A DNA stretch of 64,000 nucleotides from Candidatus Wolfebacteria bacterium GW2011_GWE2_44_13 (GTDB lineage: Bacteria > Patescibacteriota > Minisyncoccia > UBA6257 > UBA9933): contig LCHW01000001.1 of the NCBI GenBank assembly GCA_001000675.1, positions 289,424-353,423 on the forward strand, given 5' to 3'. A program made the position numbers and the translations under genes. The notes under the pieces are model-generated. The model saw only the letters and a program-made list of their open reading frames with translations, ran no database searches and was not told the origin of the DNA. Shown piece after piece: positions 20,503 through 29,801 of the stretch. Position 1 is the first letter of the stretch. Each line of letters starts with the position of its first letter.

Positions 20503-22281
20503 ATGATACACCAAGCACTTATCGATGTAGTAAAAAGCCAATTAGGCGGAGGCGTAAGTGAAACGGAGGTAAGAGAATTTTTGCTAAGACGGGGGACAAG
20601 TGATGAGGAAATACAGGAGATTTTTGAACTTATTTCTCCCGACGCTCCGACATTACGCGAAATTCCTCTTGAGCCGGTTGAGCAGACTATCCCGACACTC
20701 GATCCAATAATAGAGCCTGTTGTTGCGGAGATTCCTACCCCTGAGCCAGTAGTAGCGGCTCCTATTGTTGCCGACATCCCTGCTCAGTCTGTAGCGCATG
20801 GCGTAGTCCGCGATATTCCCCCTATTTCTCCTAGTGTTCCTTTTGCTATGACAAATGGCACACAGCCGCTTGTAGCGTCGATTCCGGCCTCAATGACAGA
20901 ATCTTTGACTGTTGCCACCTCGGAAGCTCAGCCAATTGAAGAAAAAAGTAAAAAGAAGCGGATTGCGCTTATCACAGGCCTTATTGGTGGTATCGTTATT
21001 CTCGGTGCGAGTGGGTGGTTTGCCTATTCTGTCTTTCTCGCTTCGCCCGAAAAGGTTTTAGACGTAATGATGTTGAATCTTCGCGATGTCCGTTCGGGTG
21101 CATTTTCTGGTGAAGTAACACTACAGACAAACGCATTACTCGATTCGCTTACTTCGGCAACATCCACACGCGATAGTCAGTTTGCACCCTTATTTGCGAT
21201 TGACGGAGCGGTGACCATTCGTGCGAAAGCATCGGGTGCTATTGATATGATCGATAGCACAAATAAAAAATCTTATTTTATCAGCGAGTTATCAATGGAT
21301 AAATGGCCGATGGGAGATTTTATCCTGGGTGCCGAATATCGCAATGTTGCTCAACGAACATACGTACAGATCAAAGACGTTCCCGATCTTGGATTCTTTA
21401 GCCTAAGCTTTTTAAAGAACAGCTGGTTTATGCTTGAAAATACAGATGTTGCTGCTCAGCTTGGAACAGAAGAGCGCGCGGCGTTAACGGAGGAACAACG
21501 AGGTCAATTGATTGATGCATGGAGAGAAAATCGTTTTCTATTGGTTAACGCAACGCTTCCCGCAGAAGATATTGAAGGGGTTGCCACTCGGCACTACGCG
21601 CTAACACTTGATAAAGAAGCTTTTGTGTCATGGATTATTACCGCTAACGCTATTATGCAGAATCCGCCTACCGATCAAGGTTCGCTTGCTAAGCAGCTTG
21701 ATTCGTTGACGATTAATACATTTGAACTATGGGTTGGACGTCGCGATAGGTTGCCGCACAAATTGCTTTTAGAGGCAACAATGCGCGATACAAGTGACGC
21801 AAGTAAAACATCCGCGATTTCGATTGCTCTTACGGGAAAAGATTTTAATAAGCCCGTGGACGTGATTGTGCCGGAAGATGCAAAATCATTTGAAGAAGTG
21901 CTGCAGGGTATCTTTGGACAAATGTTAGGAGGACAAGAGGCTAAGGTTTCGTCTTCGACAACGCCACAAGTGCGCAATACGCAACGAAAGAAAGACGTTA
22001 CGATAATTGCCGATGCAATTAAGAAAAATATAGCACAAAATAATGGAACGTTTGTGTGTGCTACGGGTGTGCTTCCGCAAAAAGCAACCTTTATTGGGAA
22101 AGATGGATATGATGTTGAGCCATGTATTCGCTCGATTACATTGCCGACTTTGCCCAAAGATCCTACGAAAGGAACGGCTACTATAACTGGATATTCATTG
22201 TTTTATGATGCAAAAACGAATAAGTTAACGGTGCGTGCTCCGTATGCGGAGTTAGGGGTAAAAATCAGTATTACTAAGTAA
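20503..22281 (+). CDS. hypothetical single-pass membrane protein (cytoplasmic N-domain, Pro-rich linker, TM, ~420-aa extracytoplasmic domain)
   Basis: 592-aa ORF. The N-terminal ~45 aa are shared with the next gene. TM segment IALITGLIGGIVILGASGWFAYSVFL. Confidence 0.55.
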   Translation: MIHQALIDVVKSQLGGGVSETEVREFLLRRGTSDEEIQEIFELISPDAPTLREIPLEPVEQTIPTLDPIIEPVVAEIPTPEPVVAAPIVADIPAQSVAHGVVRDIPPISPSVPFAMTNGTQPLVASIPASMTESLTVATSEAQPIEEKSKKKRIALITGLIGGIVILGASGWFAYSVFLASPEKVLDVMMLNLRDVRSGAFSGEVTLQTNALLDSLTSATSTRDSQFAPLFAIDGAVTIRAKASGAIDMIDSTNKKSYFISELSMDKWPMGDFILGAEYRNVAQRTYVQIKDVPDLGFFSLSFLKNSWFMLENTDVAAQLGTEERAALTEEQRGQLIDAWRENRFLLVNATLPAEDIEGVATRHYALTLDKEAFVSWIITANAIMQNPPTDQGSLAKQLDSLTINTFELWVGRRDRLPHKLLLEATMRDTSDASKTSAISIALTGKDFNKPVDVIVPEDAKSFEEVLQGIFGQMLGGQEAKVSSSTTPQVRNTQRKKDVTIIADAIKKNIAQNNGTFVCATGVLPQKATFIGKDGYDVEPCIRSITLPTLPKDPTKGTATITGYSLFYDAKTNKLTVRAPYAELGVKISITK

Positions 22282-22285
22282 AACT

Positions 22286-22621
22286 ATGGATAAACAAAAA
22301 CTAGTTGCAATAGGGAAAGATCAATTAAAAGGCGGGATTGCAATCGACCAAGTGCGCGAGTTGCTAACATATCGCGGTGTGGAAGAAAAGGACGTTGAAG
22401 AGATTATGCAGGAAGTGCTTGCTGACGAGAGCGCGCGTCCAGAGCAGATAAGTGGCAGCGCTGTGGTTGATAAAACAGACGCCGCATTGCTCGATGTTTC
22501 GGCGGACGCACCGCTTAATCCAGTGGCTGCAAAGCAGGAACGTACGATTATTTTACTTGCAACGATTGGGGCGGTTATCGTTGCTATCGCAGGATCGGTT
22601 GTCTATTTTCTGTATTTTTGA
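22286..22621 (+). CDS. hypothetical tail-anchored protein sharing its N-terminal domain with the upstream gene
   Basis: 111-aa ORF. Its N-terminus (QLKGGIAIDQVRELLTYRGVEEKDVEEI) is paralogous to the N-terminus of the 20503 gene (QLGGGVSETEVREFLLRRGTSDEEIQEI). C-terminal TM. Confidence 0.5.
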   Translation: MDKQKLVAIGKDQLKGGIAIDQVRELLTYRGVEEKDVEEIMQEVLADESARPEQISGSAVVDKTDAALLDVSADAPLNPVAAKQERTIILLATIGAVIVAIAGSVVYFLYF

Positions 22622-22717
22622 GGCCTAATAAGGCGTTTTTCGGAGAAATATAAGATACACTCCTGCAGAGCGCAGGTTTGTTGACATTTTAATGGTCTTC
22701 AGGTATCTTTAAGTGAT

Positions 22718-23041
22718 ATGAAATTCGCAGTAATCGAAACAGGGGGAAAGCAATATAAGGTTTCCGCCGGACAAAAACTGAAGGTGGAGAAAATGGACGT
22801 CGAAATTGGCGCACAGTTTTCTTTTGACAAGGTTTTACTTGTTGCAGATGAGCAAAAGGATGGCGCCGATACCACTATTGGAACCCCATACGTTGCCGAT
22901 GTTAAAGTTGGTGCAACCGTACTAAGCAAGGATCGCGATGATAAAAAAATCGTATTCCGCTATCACAACAAGAACCGCTATCGAAAGTTTAAGACACACC
23001 GACAGCACTATATAGAGGTGGAGATTAACACCATCGGTTAA
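22718..23041 (+). CDS. rplU: 50S ribosomal protein L21
   Basis: MKFAVIETGGKQYKV... is a canonical L21 N-terminus. 107 aa. Confidence 0.9.
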   Translation: MKFAVIETGGKQYKVSAGQKLKVEKMDVEIGAQFSFDKVLLVADEQKDGADTTIGTPYVADVKVGATVLSKDRDDKKIVFRYHNKNRYRKFKTHRQHYIEVEINTIG

Positions 23042-23064
23042 ATTGCTCGCTCTTTTGTGGCCTA

Positions 23065-23157
23065 CTGTGTTACGGGGCCCCATCGATTCGGTCGCAGTAC
23101 TTCTGTACAGCTCTCTCGTCGATTTCCCCGTGCCTTGTATTCCATCAAAATATCAAG
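23065..23157 (+). repeat. conserved structured intergenic element, copy A (downstream of rplU)
   Basis: ~74% gapless identity to 53020-53111. Hairpin gtacTTCTgtac here corresponds to gtgcTACTgcac in copy B, a compensatory change. Confidence 0.45.
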
Positions 23158-23247
23158 CAATTTGATAAAAAATCGTCAGCTCACTAGGCTGGCGATTTTT
23201 TGTAATGAAAGAAAATTATAGGCAAAAACGTAGTATACTGTATCTAT

Positions 23248-23838
23248 ATGATTGACCACGATTCATACGAGGAAAAATCCGATACAGAGTTGGTCGCATT
23301 AACCTTGCAAGACCGCAATGTATACGCGTATTTAATCCGTCGATATGAGATTCCGCTTGTGCGTTATGTGCGTCGGATCTCGGGATATTCTGATGACGAT
23401 ATCGCGGATATTCTGCAAGACGCATTTATTGGGGCGTATCGTAATTTAAATGATTTCGACACTTCGTTGAAATTTTCCTCGTGGATATATCGAATTGTGC
23501 ATAATGAAACAATATCGCACCACCGAAAGAGGCAAACACGACCACAAACCGTTTTTGTGGAAGAGGGAAGTGATTTGTTTGAATCGCTTGCATCGGAAGT
23601 GGATGTACCTCGGGACGTAGATCAAGCGTTAGTTGCGCAGCGTATCCGAGCAATTCTCGACACTATGGATGCAAAGTATCGAGATGTGCTGGTGCTTAAA
23701 TTTCTCGAGGATAAAGATTATCGAGAAATATCCGATATTTTGCAAAAGCCTATGGGGACAGTTGCTACATTAATTAATCGTGCGAAGAAACAGTTCAAGG
23801 AAAAGGTTGAGCATGATGTCGCGATATCGTCGACATAA
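23248..23838 (+). CDS. ECF-type RNA polymerase sigma factor (sigma-70 family)
   Basis: Region 2 (DAFIGAYRNLNDFD...FSSWIYRIVHN) and region 4 (YRDVLVLKFLEDKDYREISDILQKPMGTVATLINRAKK). Confidence 0.8.
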   Translation: MIDHDSYEEKSDTELVALTLQDRNVYAYLIRRYEIPLVRYVRRISGYSDDDIADILQDAFIGAYRNLNDFDTSLKFSSWIYRIVHNETISHHRKRQTRPQTVFVEEGSDLFESLASEVDVPRDVDQALVAQRIRAILDTMDAKYRDVLVLKFLEDKDYREISDILQKPMGTVATLINRAKKQFKEKVEHDVAISST

Positions 23839-23845
23839 CACTACT

Positions 23846-24634
23846 ATGAAAGATTATTCAAAAGATATTTTGCAAACATTACAAAACAAGCAGATTGAAC
23901 CGCTTCCACGGTGGGTGTTTTTAGCTCGTCAAATTGCAATCATTAGCGCCTTCGTACTCTCTGTGGTTATTGGAGGTATTTCTGTTTCCGTCATCCTTTC
24001 TTCATTGTCTGAGGTTGCCGATTTTGGTATGGGGCGGATAATGCGTATGCATCCGGGGCCATTCTTATTTACCTATTTGCCCTACATTTGGGTTGTTGTC
24101 ATGGGGCTGTTTAGTATTTCCGCATACATGGAGATGCGACACACAAAAGGCGGATATCGATATCAATCCATTACTATCGTAGGCGCAAGTATTTTAGCGA
24201 GCTTGCTACTCGGAGTGGCGTTTCATACTGTTGGCATGGGGCGATTTGTTGATCGTCGGGTTTCAGAAGCAATCCCACAGTATCGCGGGCTTGATGCACG
24301 GAAGATGCACTTATGGATGCAACCGCAGATGGGCATGCTCGCAGGACGTATTGTTTCAGGGAATGCCACGACGACATTTGTTCTCGAAGATTTTTCCGGC
24401 ACACAATGGATTGTAGAAAGTGCTGATGCGGTGGTGCGTGGATCAATTGAAGGGACTTCTGGAGAACGTATTCGCGCGGCCGGTACTATTATCCGAGCGG
24501 GTGTTTTTCGCGCAACCGAACTATTTCCTTGGGAGCGAAACGGAATGATGCAGGGGGGTATGCGACCCGTAACTGACATTGAACAACGAGGCATGTTATT
24601 GCGTGAAAGAAATATGCGCGGTATGCCGTATTAA
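23846..24634 (+). CDS. putative anti-sigma factor / membrane protein downstream of the ECF sigma
   Basis: ATG 8 nt after the sigma-factor stop. Cytoplasmic N-terminus, then several TM helices. Assigned by position only. Confidence 0.45.
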   Translation: MKDYSKDILQTLQNKQIEPLPRWVFLARQIAIISAFVLSVVIGGISVSVILSSLSEVADFGMGRIMRMHPGPFLFTYLPYIWVVVMGLFSISAYMEMRHTKGGYRYQSITIVGASILASLLLGVAFHTVGMGRFVDRRVSEAIPQYRGLDARKMHLWMQPQMGMLAGRIVSGNATTTFVLEDFSGTQWIVESADAVVRGSIEGTSGERIRAAGTIIRAGVFRATELFPWERNGMMQGGMRPVTDIEQRGMLLRERNMRGMPY

Positions 24635-24718
24635 TAAATAAGAACAACGGTCAAGAACTACAACGTGCACATTGTGGAATCGTGCGACCGTGTTCGATAT
24701 TCATTTTTACTTTTTATT

Positions 24719-25159
24719 ATGAACAAGAAACTTATATTAGGAGTTGCGGGGCTGGCGATTGTTGCAGGCGTTGTTGGTATCGCAACAAGCACGACCTACG
24801 CTGCTCGCGGTGGTAGAATGATGGGAGGAAATAATGCTACTTCGACGGTTGCTATTGCAGCACAGCGAGACGCTATGACAGCCCATCGTGATGCAGTTAG
24901 CAAAGCAATTGCTGCAGGGGATTATACCGCATGGAAAACAGCCATGAGTACACTTCCAGGTAACGGACGTGGAATCGATATGATGAGTGGTATTACCGAG
25001 GCAAATTTCTCTCGATTCGTTGAGATGCATAACCTTATGACGCAGGCAGACGCTATTCGCACTGAGCTTGGCCTCGGAGAACGAGGAAATATGCAGGGTG
25101 GTATGCATGGACGTGGGCAAGGCATGGGTATGCAGATGCGGACGGCTGTCAATCAATAA
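24719..25159 (+). CDS. hypothetical secreted protein (signal peptide; Gly/Met-rich C-terminus)
   Basis: MNKKLILGVAGLAIVAGVVGIA is a signal-like start. The start codon is uncertain; the ORF extends upstream to 24665. Confidence 0.4.
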   Translation: MNKKLILGVAGLAIVAGVVGIATSTTYAARGGRMMGGNNATSTVAIAAQRDAMTAHRDAVSKAIAAGDYTAWKTAMSTLPGNGRGIDMMSGITEANFSRFVEMHNLMTQADAIRTELGLGERGNMQGGMHGRGQGMGMQMRTAVNQ

Positions 25160-25187
25160 GAAAAATAAATAATAAAAAATACGAAGC

Positions 25188-25808
25188 GTGGGGCTTCGTA
25201 TTTTTATGTTGGAGGAAGTGGCATACTCTTATATTATGAATAATTATAAAAATGGGTTTGCTCCAATTTTTGTTATCTTACTGATTGTTGTTGCGGTTTT
25301 GGCTATCGGTAGCGGTGCATATTATATAGGGAGTAAGAAAAACAGTAAAGGAGGAGAATCTCCTGAGATTATTATTCCGACCACTCAAATAAACGAACAA
25401 ACGAATCTTGTAGATGTGCCTATAAATCAACAAAACACAACAACTCAGCAAGATGCTTCGATAGGTCAAGAAACCGCAACCCCAATAATTCCCAGTTTTT
25501 CCCCAGTCTCCGTTAATTCAAAAATATATACGGGACCATATCATGATTCCAGTGGTCCAGTTTCAGTAGCATACAACACAAAGGTTTCGATTAGCTGGAC
25601 TTCATCTACTTCGTCTGGAGATAAAAGTCAAAAATGCTATGCAGCATATGATAATGGTGGCGCAAATAAAGAGAAAATAACTCTTGACGGGCGTTATGGA
25701 GTCTTCTCAACCAAACCACTCATAAAGGATACGGAAGTCACTATTGCTTGCATTGATCAAAATGGAAATATTGGAAGCGACATCATTGTTATCAACATTA
25801 CGCGTTAA
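25188..25808 (+). CDS. hypothetical membrane-anchored secreted protein
   Basis: TM/signal segment FAPIFVILLIVVAVLAIGSGAYYI. Likely start at 25206 or 25236. AT-rich. Confidence 0.4.
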   Translation: MGLRIFMLEEVAYSYIMNNYKNGFAPIFVILLIVVAVLAIGSGAYYIGSKKNSKGGESPEIIIPTTQINEQTNLVDVPINQQNTTTQQDASIGQETATPIIPSFSPVSVNSKIYTGPYHDSSGPVSVAYNTKVSISWTSSTSSGDKSQKCYAAYDNGGANKEKITLDGRYGVFSTKPLIKDTEVTIACIDQNGNIGSDIIVINITR

Positions 25809-26012
25809 TTGGTGAGGTAAATAAGATAAAAAGCAATTTATTTAAAAGTTTAAAGTGGATAAGTACCTTTAGCGCGACAACATAGAACAAGTTATCTAAA
25901 AGGTGACTTTGTTTTCTGCTATTTTACGTGACTGGTGCTAGGGGGCCATGTGGGAACTTTTTTAAAATACTAATATTATACAAAAACATAATTTTCGTAT
26001 ATAGTATTAAAA

Positions 26013-26714
26013 ATGGAAAAAGACGTAACTCAAAATTTTACGTGGAAAGCCGCGTTCCGAAAATTATTTTTGGCAATAGTATGGTTTATAATGTTGTCGA
26101 TCATTGGGCTTGTGATCCTCGGGGTTATAATGGGCGGCTCTAAAGATGGCGGTGAAAACTGGGGACCGGGTCTCGGACTTGCTTTAATATTTGTTGCGGT
26201 TGTCCTTCCAATATCGGCCCTTATTGCTATTTTAGTAGTTTCTGTTAAATCCCCAAAGGGAACTCGGCTGAAATATTTTTTTGCACTAGCCCTATTTATA
26301 GGGGCATTGGCTGCGCTATGGGGGGCTGGGATGGTGGCAATAGTAAAAACTAAGGATATTCTTGGTTCTTCATCAACGATGTGTAAGCTCGAGCCATCTC
26401 AAGAGAAAAAGGATTACTGCTATAAAGAGCAGGCAAGAATTAATAAAGATCTGACTATATGCGAACAATCATCTACTCAAGATAGTTGTATCGATGCTTA
26501 TTATTTTGACTTATCTCGGGCGGGAAATAATATTGATTTTTGTAAACAATCACCAAGGCCAGATAAATGCTTCTACGACAATATCAAATTCAGGGCAGAC
26601 TATAACTTGTTTCTAGATAAAAATATCGAAACATATAAGTCAATATGTAATTCTATTGGCGGAGTACAGCTGAAGAATGGCTGTATAGAGTTGTTAAATG
26701 AAAACTTCAAGTAA
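26013..26714 (+). CDS. hypothetical membrane protein with a Cys-rich C-terminal domain
   Basis: Four hydrophobic helices followed by a soluble domain with at least 10 Cys residues. A bidirectional terminator follows at 26716-26748. Confidence 0.45.
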   Translation: MEKDVTQNFTWKAAFRKLFLAIVWFIMLSIIGLVILGVIMGGSKDGGENWGPGLGLALIFVAVVLPISALIAILVVSVKSPKGTRLKYFFALALFIGALAALWGAGMVAIVKTKDILGSSSTMCKLEPSQEKKDYCYKEQARINKDLTICEQSSTQDSCIDAYYFDLSRAGNNIDFCKQSPRPDKCFYDNIKFRADYNLFLDKNIETYKSICNSIGGVQLKNGCIELLNENFK

Positions 26715-26775
26715 GCAAAGAAAAATCGCCTTATTGGCGATTTTTCTTAATGGGCTGGCGGTCATGGATTCGAAC

Positions 26776-27375
26776 CTAAATTCTTCGTTCTAGCGCTTGC
26801 TCAAGGGTGTCTTCATCGGCGAATTCTATTTCTCCACCGGTTGGAATGCCTCGGCCGAGGCGAGTGAACTTTTTCGCATACCCTTCGAGCTCATTTTTGA
26901 TAACCATGGCGTTTAGGTCGCCATATGTTGTTGGGTTGGTTGCGATAATTATTTCTTCTGCCTGTCCGTCTAGCTTCTTCTGAATAACACTTTTTAAATG
27001 TCCCATGCGTAATCGTTGTGTTGCGTCGAGAATACCTCCTTTGGTGAGCTCGCCGATAATAAGATAGCGCCCTGTAAACTTTCGTGTGCGTTCAATGGAC
27101 ATCAAGTCCGTCTCTTTTTCGACGATCATAATTGTTTCTTGTGCGCGATTTGGATTTTCACAAATAGTGCAAAGATTTTCTTCGTTGGAATGGATAAAAA
27201 AACAATTTGTGCATACTTTTATTGAGCTGAGATCTACGATTGCGCGTGCCATTTCGTTTATCTTACTCTTGCCGCTACTGATAAGAAAAAAAGCAAGCCG
27301 TGTTGCTTGGCGGGGTCCTATGGCAGGTAGTTTTGCAAATACGTCGATGAAGTTGCGAATTTGTTGGGGAAGCAT
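26776..27375 (-). CDS. recR: recombination protein RecR
   Basis: N-terminal HhH (FAKLPAIGPRQATRLAFFLI), C4 zinc finger (CTNC...CTIC) and Toprim domain. Confidence 0.9.
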   Translation of the reverse strand: MLPQQIRNFIDVFAKLPAIGPRQATRLAFFLISSGKSKINEMARAIVDLSSIKVCTNCFFIHSNEENLCTICENPNRAQETIMIVEKETDLMSIERTRKFTGRYLIIGELTKGGILDATQRLRMGHLKSVIQKKLDGQAEEIIIATNPTTYGDLNAMVIKNELEGYAKKFTRLGRGIPTGGEIEFADEDTLEQALERRI

Positions 27376-27425
27376 GGGGGATAGCTCGTTAGAAGGGAAG
27401 CTTATTAGCGAATACGCTCGAGAGT

Positions 27426-27497
27426 GTCACCCCGGCGGAGACCGGGGTCCAGTTTTTTAAACCTATACTTCTAGATTCCGGCCTCCGCCGGAATGAC
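27426..27497. repeat. REP-like palindromic element (GTCACCCCGGCGGAGACCGGGGTCCAG ... GATTCCGGCCTCCGCCGGAATGAC)
   Basis: Two GC-stem hairpins in inverted orientation. A covarying variant of the GTCATTCCCGCG...GCGGGAAT family. Lies between recR and dnaB. Confidence 0.5.
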
Positions 27498-27518
27498 ACC
27501 CTCTTGGGTTTATATTTT

Positions 27519-28904
27519 TTAAATCGTATGTACGGTATCTACCTCGGTAAAAGAAACCTTTTCTGGATTCCACAAAAGAGGAACATCTCCGAGCGGACCG
27601 TTACGATGTTTAGATACAATAATGGCTGCCTTATTTTTTTCTTCTGCGGACATAAGATCTTTGTTATCTCGATTGTATCGATGGATAAACATAACGATGT
27701 CCGCGTCTTGTTCCCATGATCCTGTTTCACGAAGGTCGGAAAGTTTTGGCTCGCCACCGCGAGATTCGATATTACGGCTGAGCTGTGATAGTGCAAGCAC
27801 GGGAACGTTTAATTCACGAGCAAGGCCTTTGATGCCATGACTGATTTCGGTAAATTGCTGTACGCTGTTTTCGTTGTGTCTTCCTGGCTGAATAAGCTGG
27901 ACGTAGTCTATGACAATCATGTCGAGGTCATGTTCCATCTTTAACTTTCGCGCCATGGAGCGGATTTGTAATACAGTTGGCGACGGGGTGTCGTCGATGT
28001 ATATCTTCATGCGTGATAGACGGTCGAGCGCCGCTTGTATCATCTGGAAATCCATTTCGTCGGTTATGCGGCCTGAACGAAGGTTCCACAACGGAACGCC
28101 AGATTCTGTAGAAATGAGACGATCGATAAGTTGCTCCTTGGACATTTCGAGCGAGAACACGGCAACTGAAGCGCCTGTCTTTGCGGCACCGCGAACCATG
28201 TCGAGCGTTACTGCAGTTTTACCCATGGATGGACGAGCGCCGAGGATGACCATGTCTGATTTTTGAAACCCTGAAAGGAGGTCATCAAGCCCCTTGAAGC
28301 CCGAGCTTGTGCCTGAAAGGCCTTGCATGCCCAAATTCTTTTCCATGCGCTCGTAGGCCGCTTTAAGGTGGTCAGAGATTGGGGTGAATGCGTATGTCTT
28401 TGATTTTTGATTGATTGCAAAAATTTTCTGCTCAATCATATCGAGCATTTCCTCGGGCTCTTCTTGGTTCTGGAATACGTCTTCGCTAATACGGGCTGCG
28501 GTGGTTAATAGCTCTCGCAACACTTTCTTTTGACGCACAATGCCTCCGTAGTGGTCTACGTGCGCGGCAGAAGGGACGGTGTTAATAAGTTCAGTTAAAT
28601 AGGACGTACCACCCACGGTGTCCATCTGATTTTTGTCCTTTAGCTTAGTGCTAACGGTTAAAATATCGATGGGCTGATTTTTTTCGAACAATTCAACGAT
28701 TGATTGATAGATCTTTTGGTGTGCAGGAACATAAAAATCCTTCTCTTCAAGGAAGTCTACGACGCGTAAGACAGCGTTTTTGTCCAACATTAATGAGCCG
28801 AGAACAGATTTTTCGGCGTCGAGATCTTGCGGCGGTAATTTTGGATTTAAGCCTTCTTTCATAGTTTGGGTAGACACTTCCGTAATGTTTCTATTGTAGG
28901 GCAA
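27519..28904 (-). CDS. dnaB: replicative DNA helicase DnaB
   Basis: N-terminal DnaB domain (PPQDLDAEKSVLGSLM) and RecA-like domain with Walker A GARPSMGKTA and Walker B MIVIDYVQL. Confidence 0.9.
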   Translation of the reverse strand: MPYNRNITEVSTQTMKEGLNPKLPPQDLDAEKSVLGSLMLDKNAVLRVVDFLEEKDFYVPAHQKIYQSIVELFEKNQPIDILTVSTKLKDKNQMDTVGGTSYLTELINTVPSAAHVDHYGGIVRQKKVLRELLTTAARISEDVFQNQEEPEEMLDMIEQKIFAINQKSKTYAFTPISDHLKAAYERMEKNLGMQGLSGTSSGFKGLDDLLSGFQKSDMVILGARPSMGKTAVTLDMVRGAAKTGASVAVFSLEMSKEQLIDRLISTESGVPLWNLRSGRITDEMDFQMIQAALDRLSRMKIYIDDTPSPTVLQIRSMARKLKMEHDLDMIVIDYVQLIQPGRHNENSVQQFTEISHGIKGLARELNVPVLALSQLSRNIESRGGEPKLSDLRETGSWEQDADIVMFIHRYNRDNKDLMSAEEKNKAAIIVSKHRNGPLGDVPLLWNPEKVSFTEVDTVHTI

Positions 28905-28976
28905 GAGTTGCCCAGGGGCAAGGGTAAATGAATATGCACAGGCTGTGAGCGGGCTATTTGCCGCTCGTTTTATGTA

Positions 28977-29624
28977 TTGCTTTTTAGGTGTAAATGTTCT
29001 TTAATATCCCTAATGATGAGTAAATTATATCTCAAAGTTCCTCGGCAGGTTCGTCTGTTCGTATTGCTACTCATAGCAATGTTTTTGGTATATTTTGTTG
29101 GGCGATTTTTACTTGCCCAAACAGCTACTGTTCCGGAGAGTTTTACGCAAGCACGACAGCAAGCTTCGCTTATTGCGCAAGATATTGTAGGAATGTCTAA
29201 AGACTCCGCAATGCGTGTTAGCGCTATTTCTACACTTAATAATGATGGAAAATATGCTGAGGCACTTGCGTTGGTTACGCAAGAGCTTGAGCGAAATAGA
29301 CAGATTCGCGATAAGGCAATCGCATTGTCTGAGCAGTTGCAGGCCATGACATTAAACGTTTCTGCTATTGAACCAAAAACGTCTGCTCAGGCCGCGCTCG
29401 GGGCGGTGAGTACAGAAGTAACGCTTATTGGGCACTTGCTTACGTATAACGACTACCTTAATCAGCTCCTCGGGATCATCAAAGGAAAAATCGTGCGAGA
29501 CCCAGAAGCGTTATCATCTGATGTCTCTGAGTTGGTAAAAAAGATTAACGATGAGTCAATCGTTGTAAATGAGCTGAACGAAACGTTCAATGATCAGCTC
29601 GATACATTTGATCGAGGGTTTTAA
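28977..29624 (+). CDS. hypothetical membrane-anchored coiled-coil protein
   Basis: TM segment LFVLLLIAMFLVYFVGRFLLA followed by an alpha-helical soluble region. The start may be at MMSK (29013). A terminator follows at ~29640-29665. Confidence 0.4.
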   Translation: MLFRCKCSLISLMMSKLYLKVPRQVRLFVLLLIAMFLVYFVGRFLLAQTATVPESFTQARQQASLIAQDIVGMSKDSAMRVSAISTLNNDGKYAEALALVTQELERNRQIRDKAIALSEQLQAMTLNVSAIEPKTSAQAALGAVSTEVTLIGHLLTYNDYLNQLLGIIKGKIVRDPEALSSDVSELVKKINDESIVVNELNETFNDQLDTFDRGF

Positions 29625-29801
29625 TATGTGTAAATAAAACTCGCTCGCATGAGCGGGTTTTATTTTTGCGTAAATGCTCCTTTTAAAAAGGTAACTGTGA
29701 TATACTATATATTATTCATAAAAAATTCCGTTGCGTATAGTATATGGTAACCTATGCGAAGGTAGGCGATAGTGGTTGGAGCGGTTCACTAGCGTATAAT
29801 T

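Noticed and set aside
27086-27460. 124-aa plus ORF between recR and dnaB
   Set aside because: It overlaps the recR coding region on the opposite strand and runs through the REP-like palindromic element.
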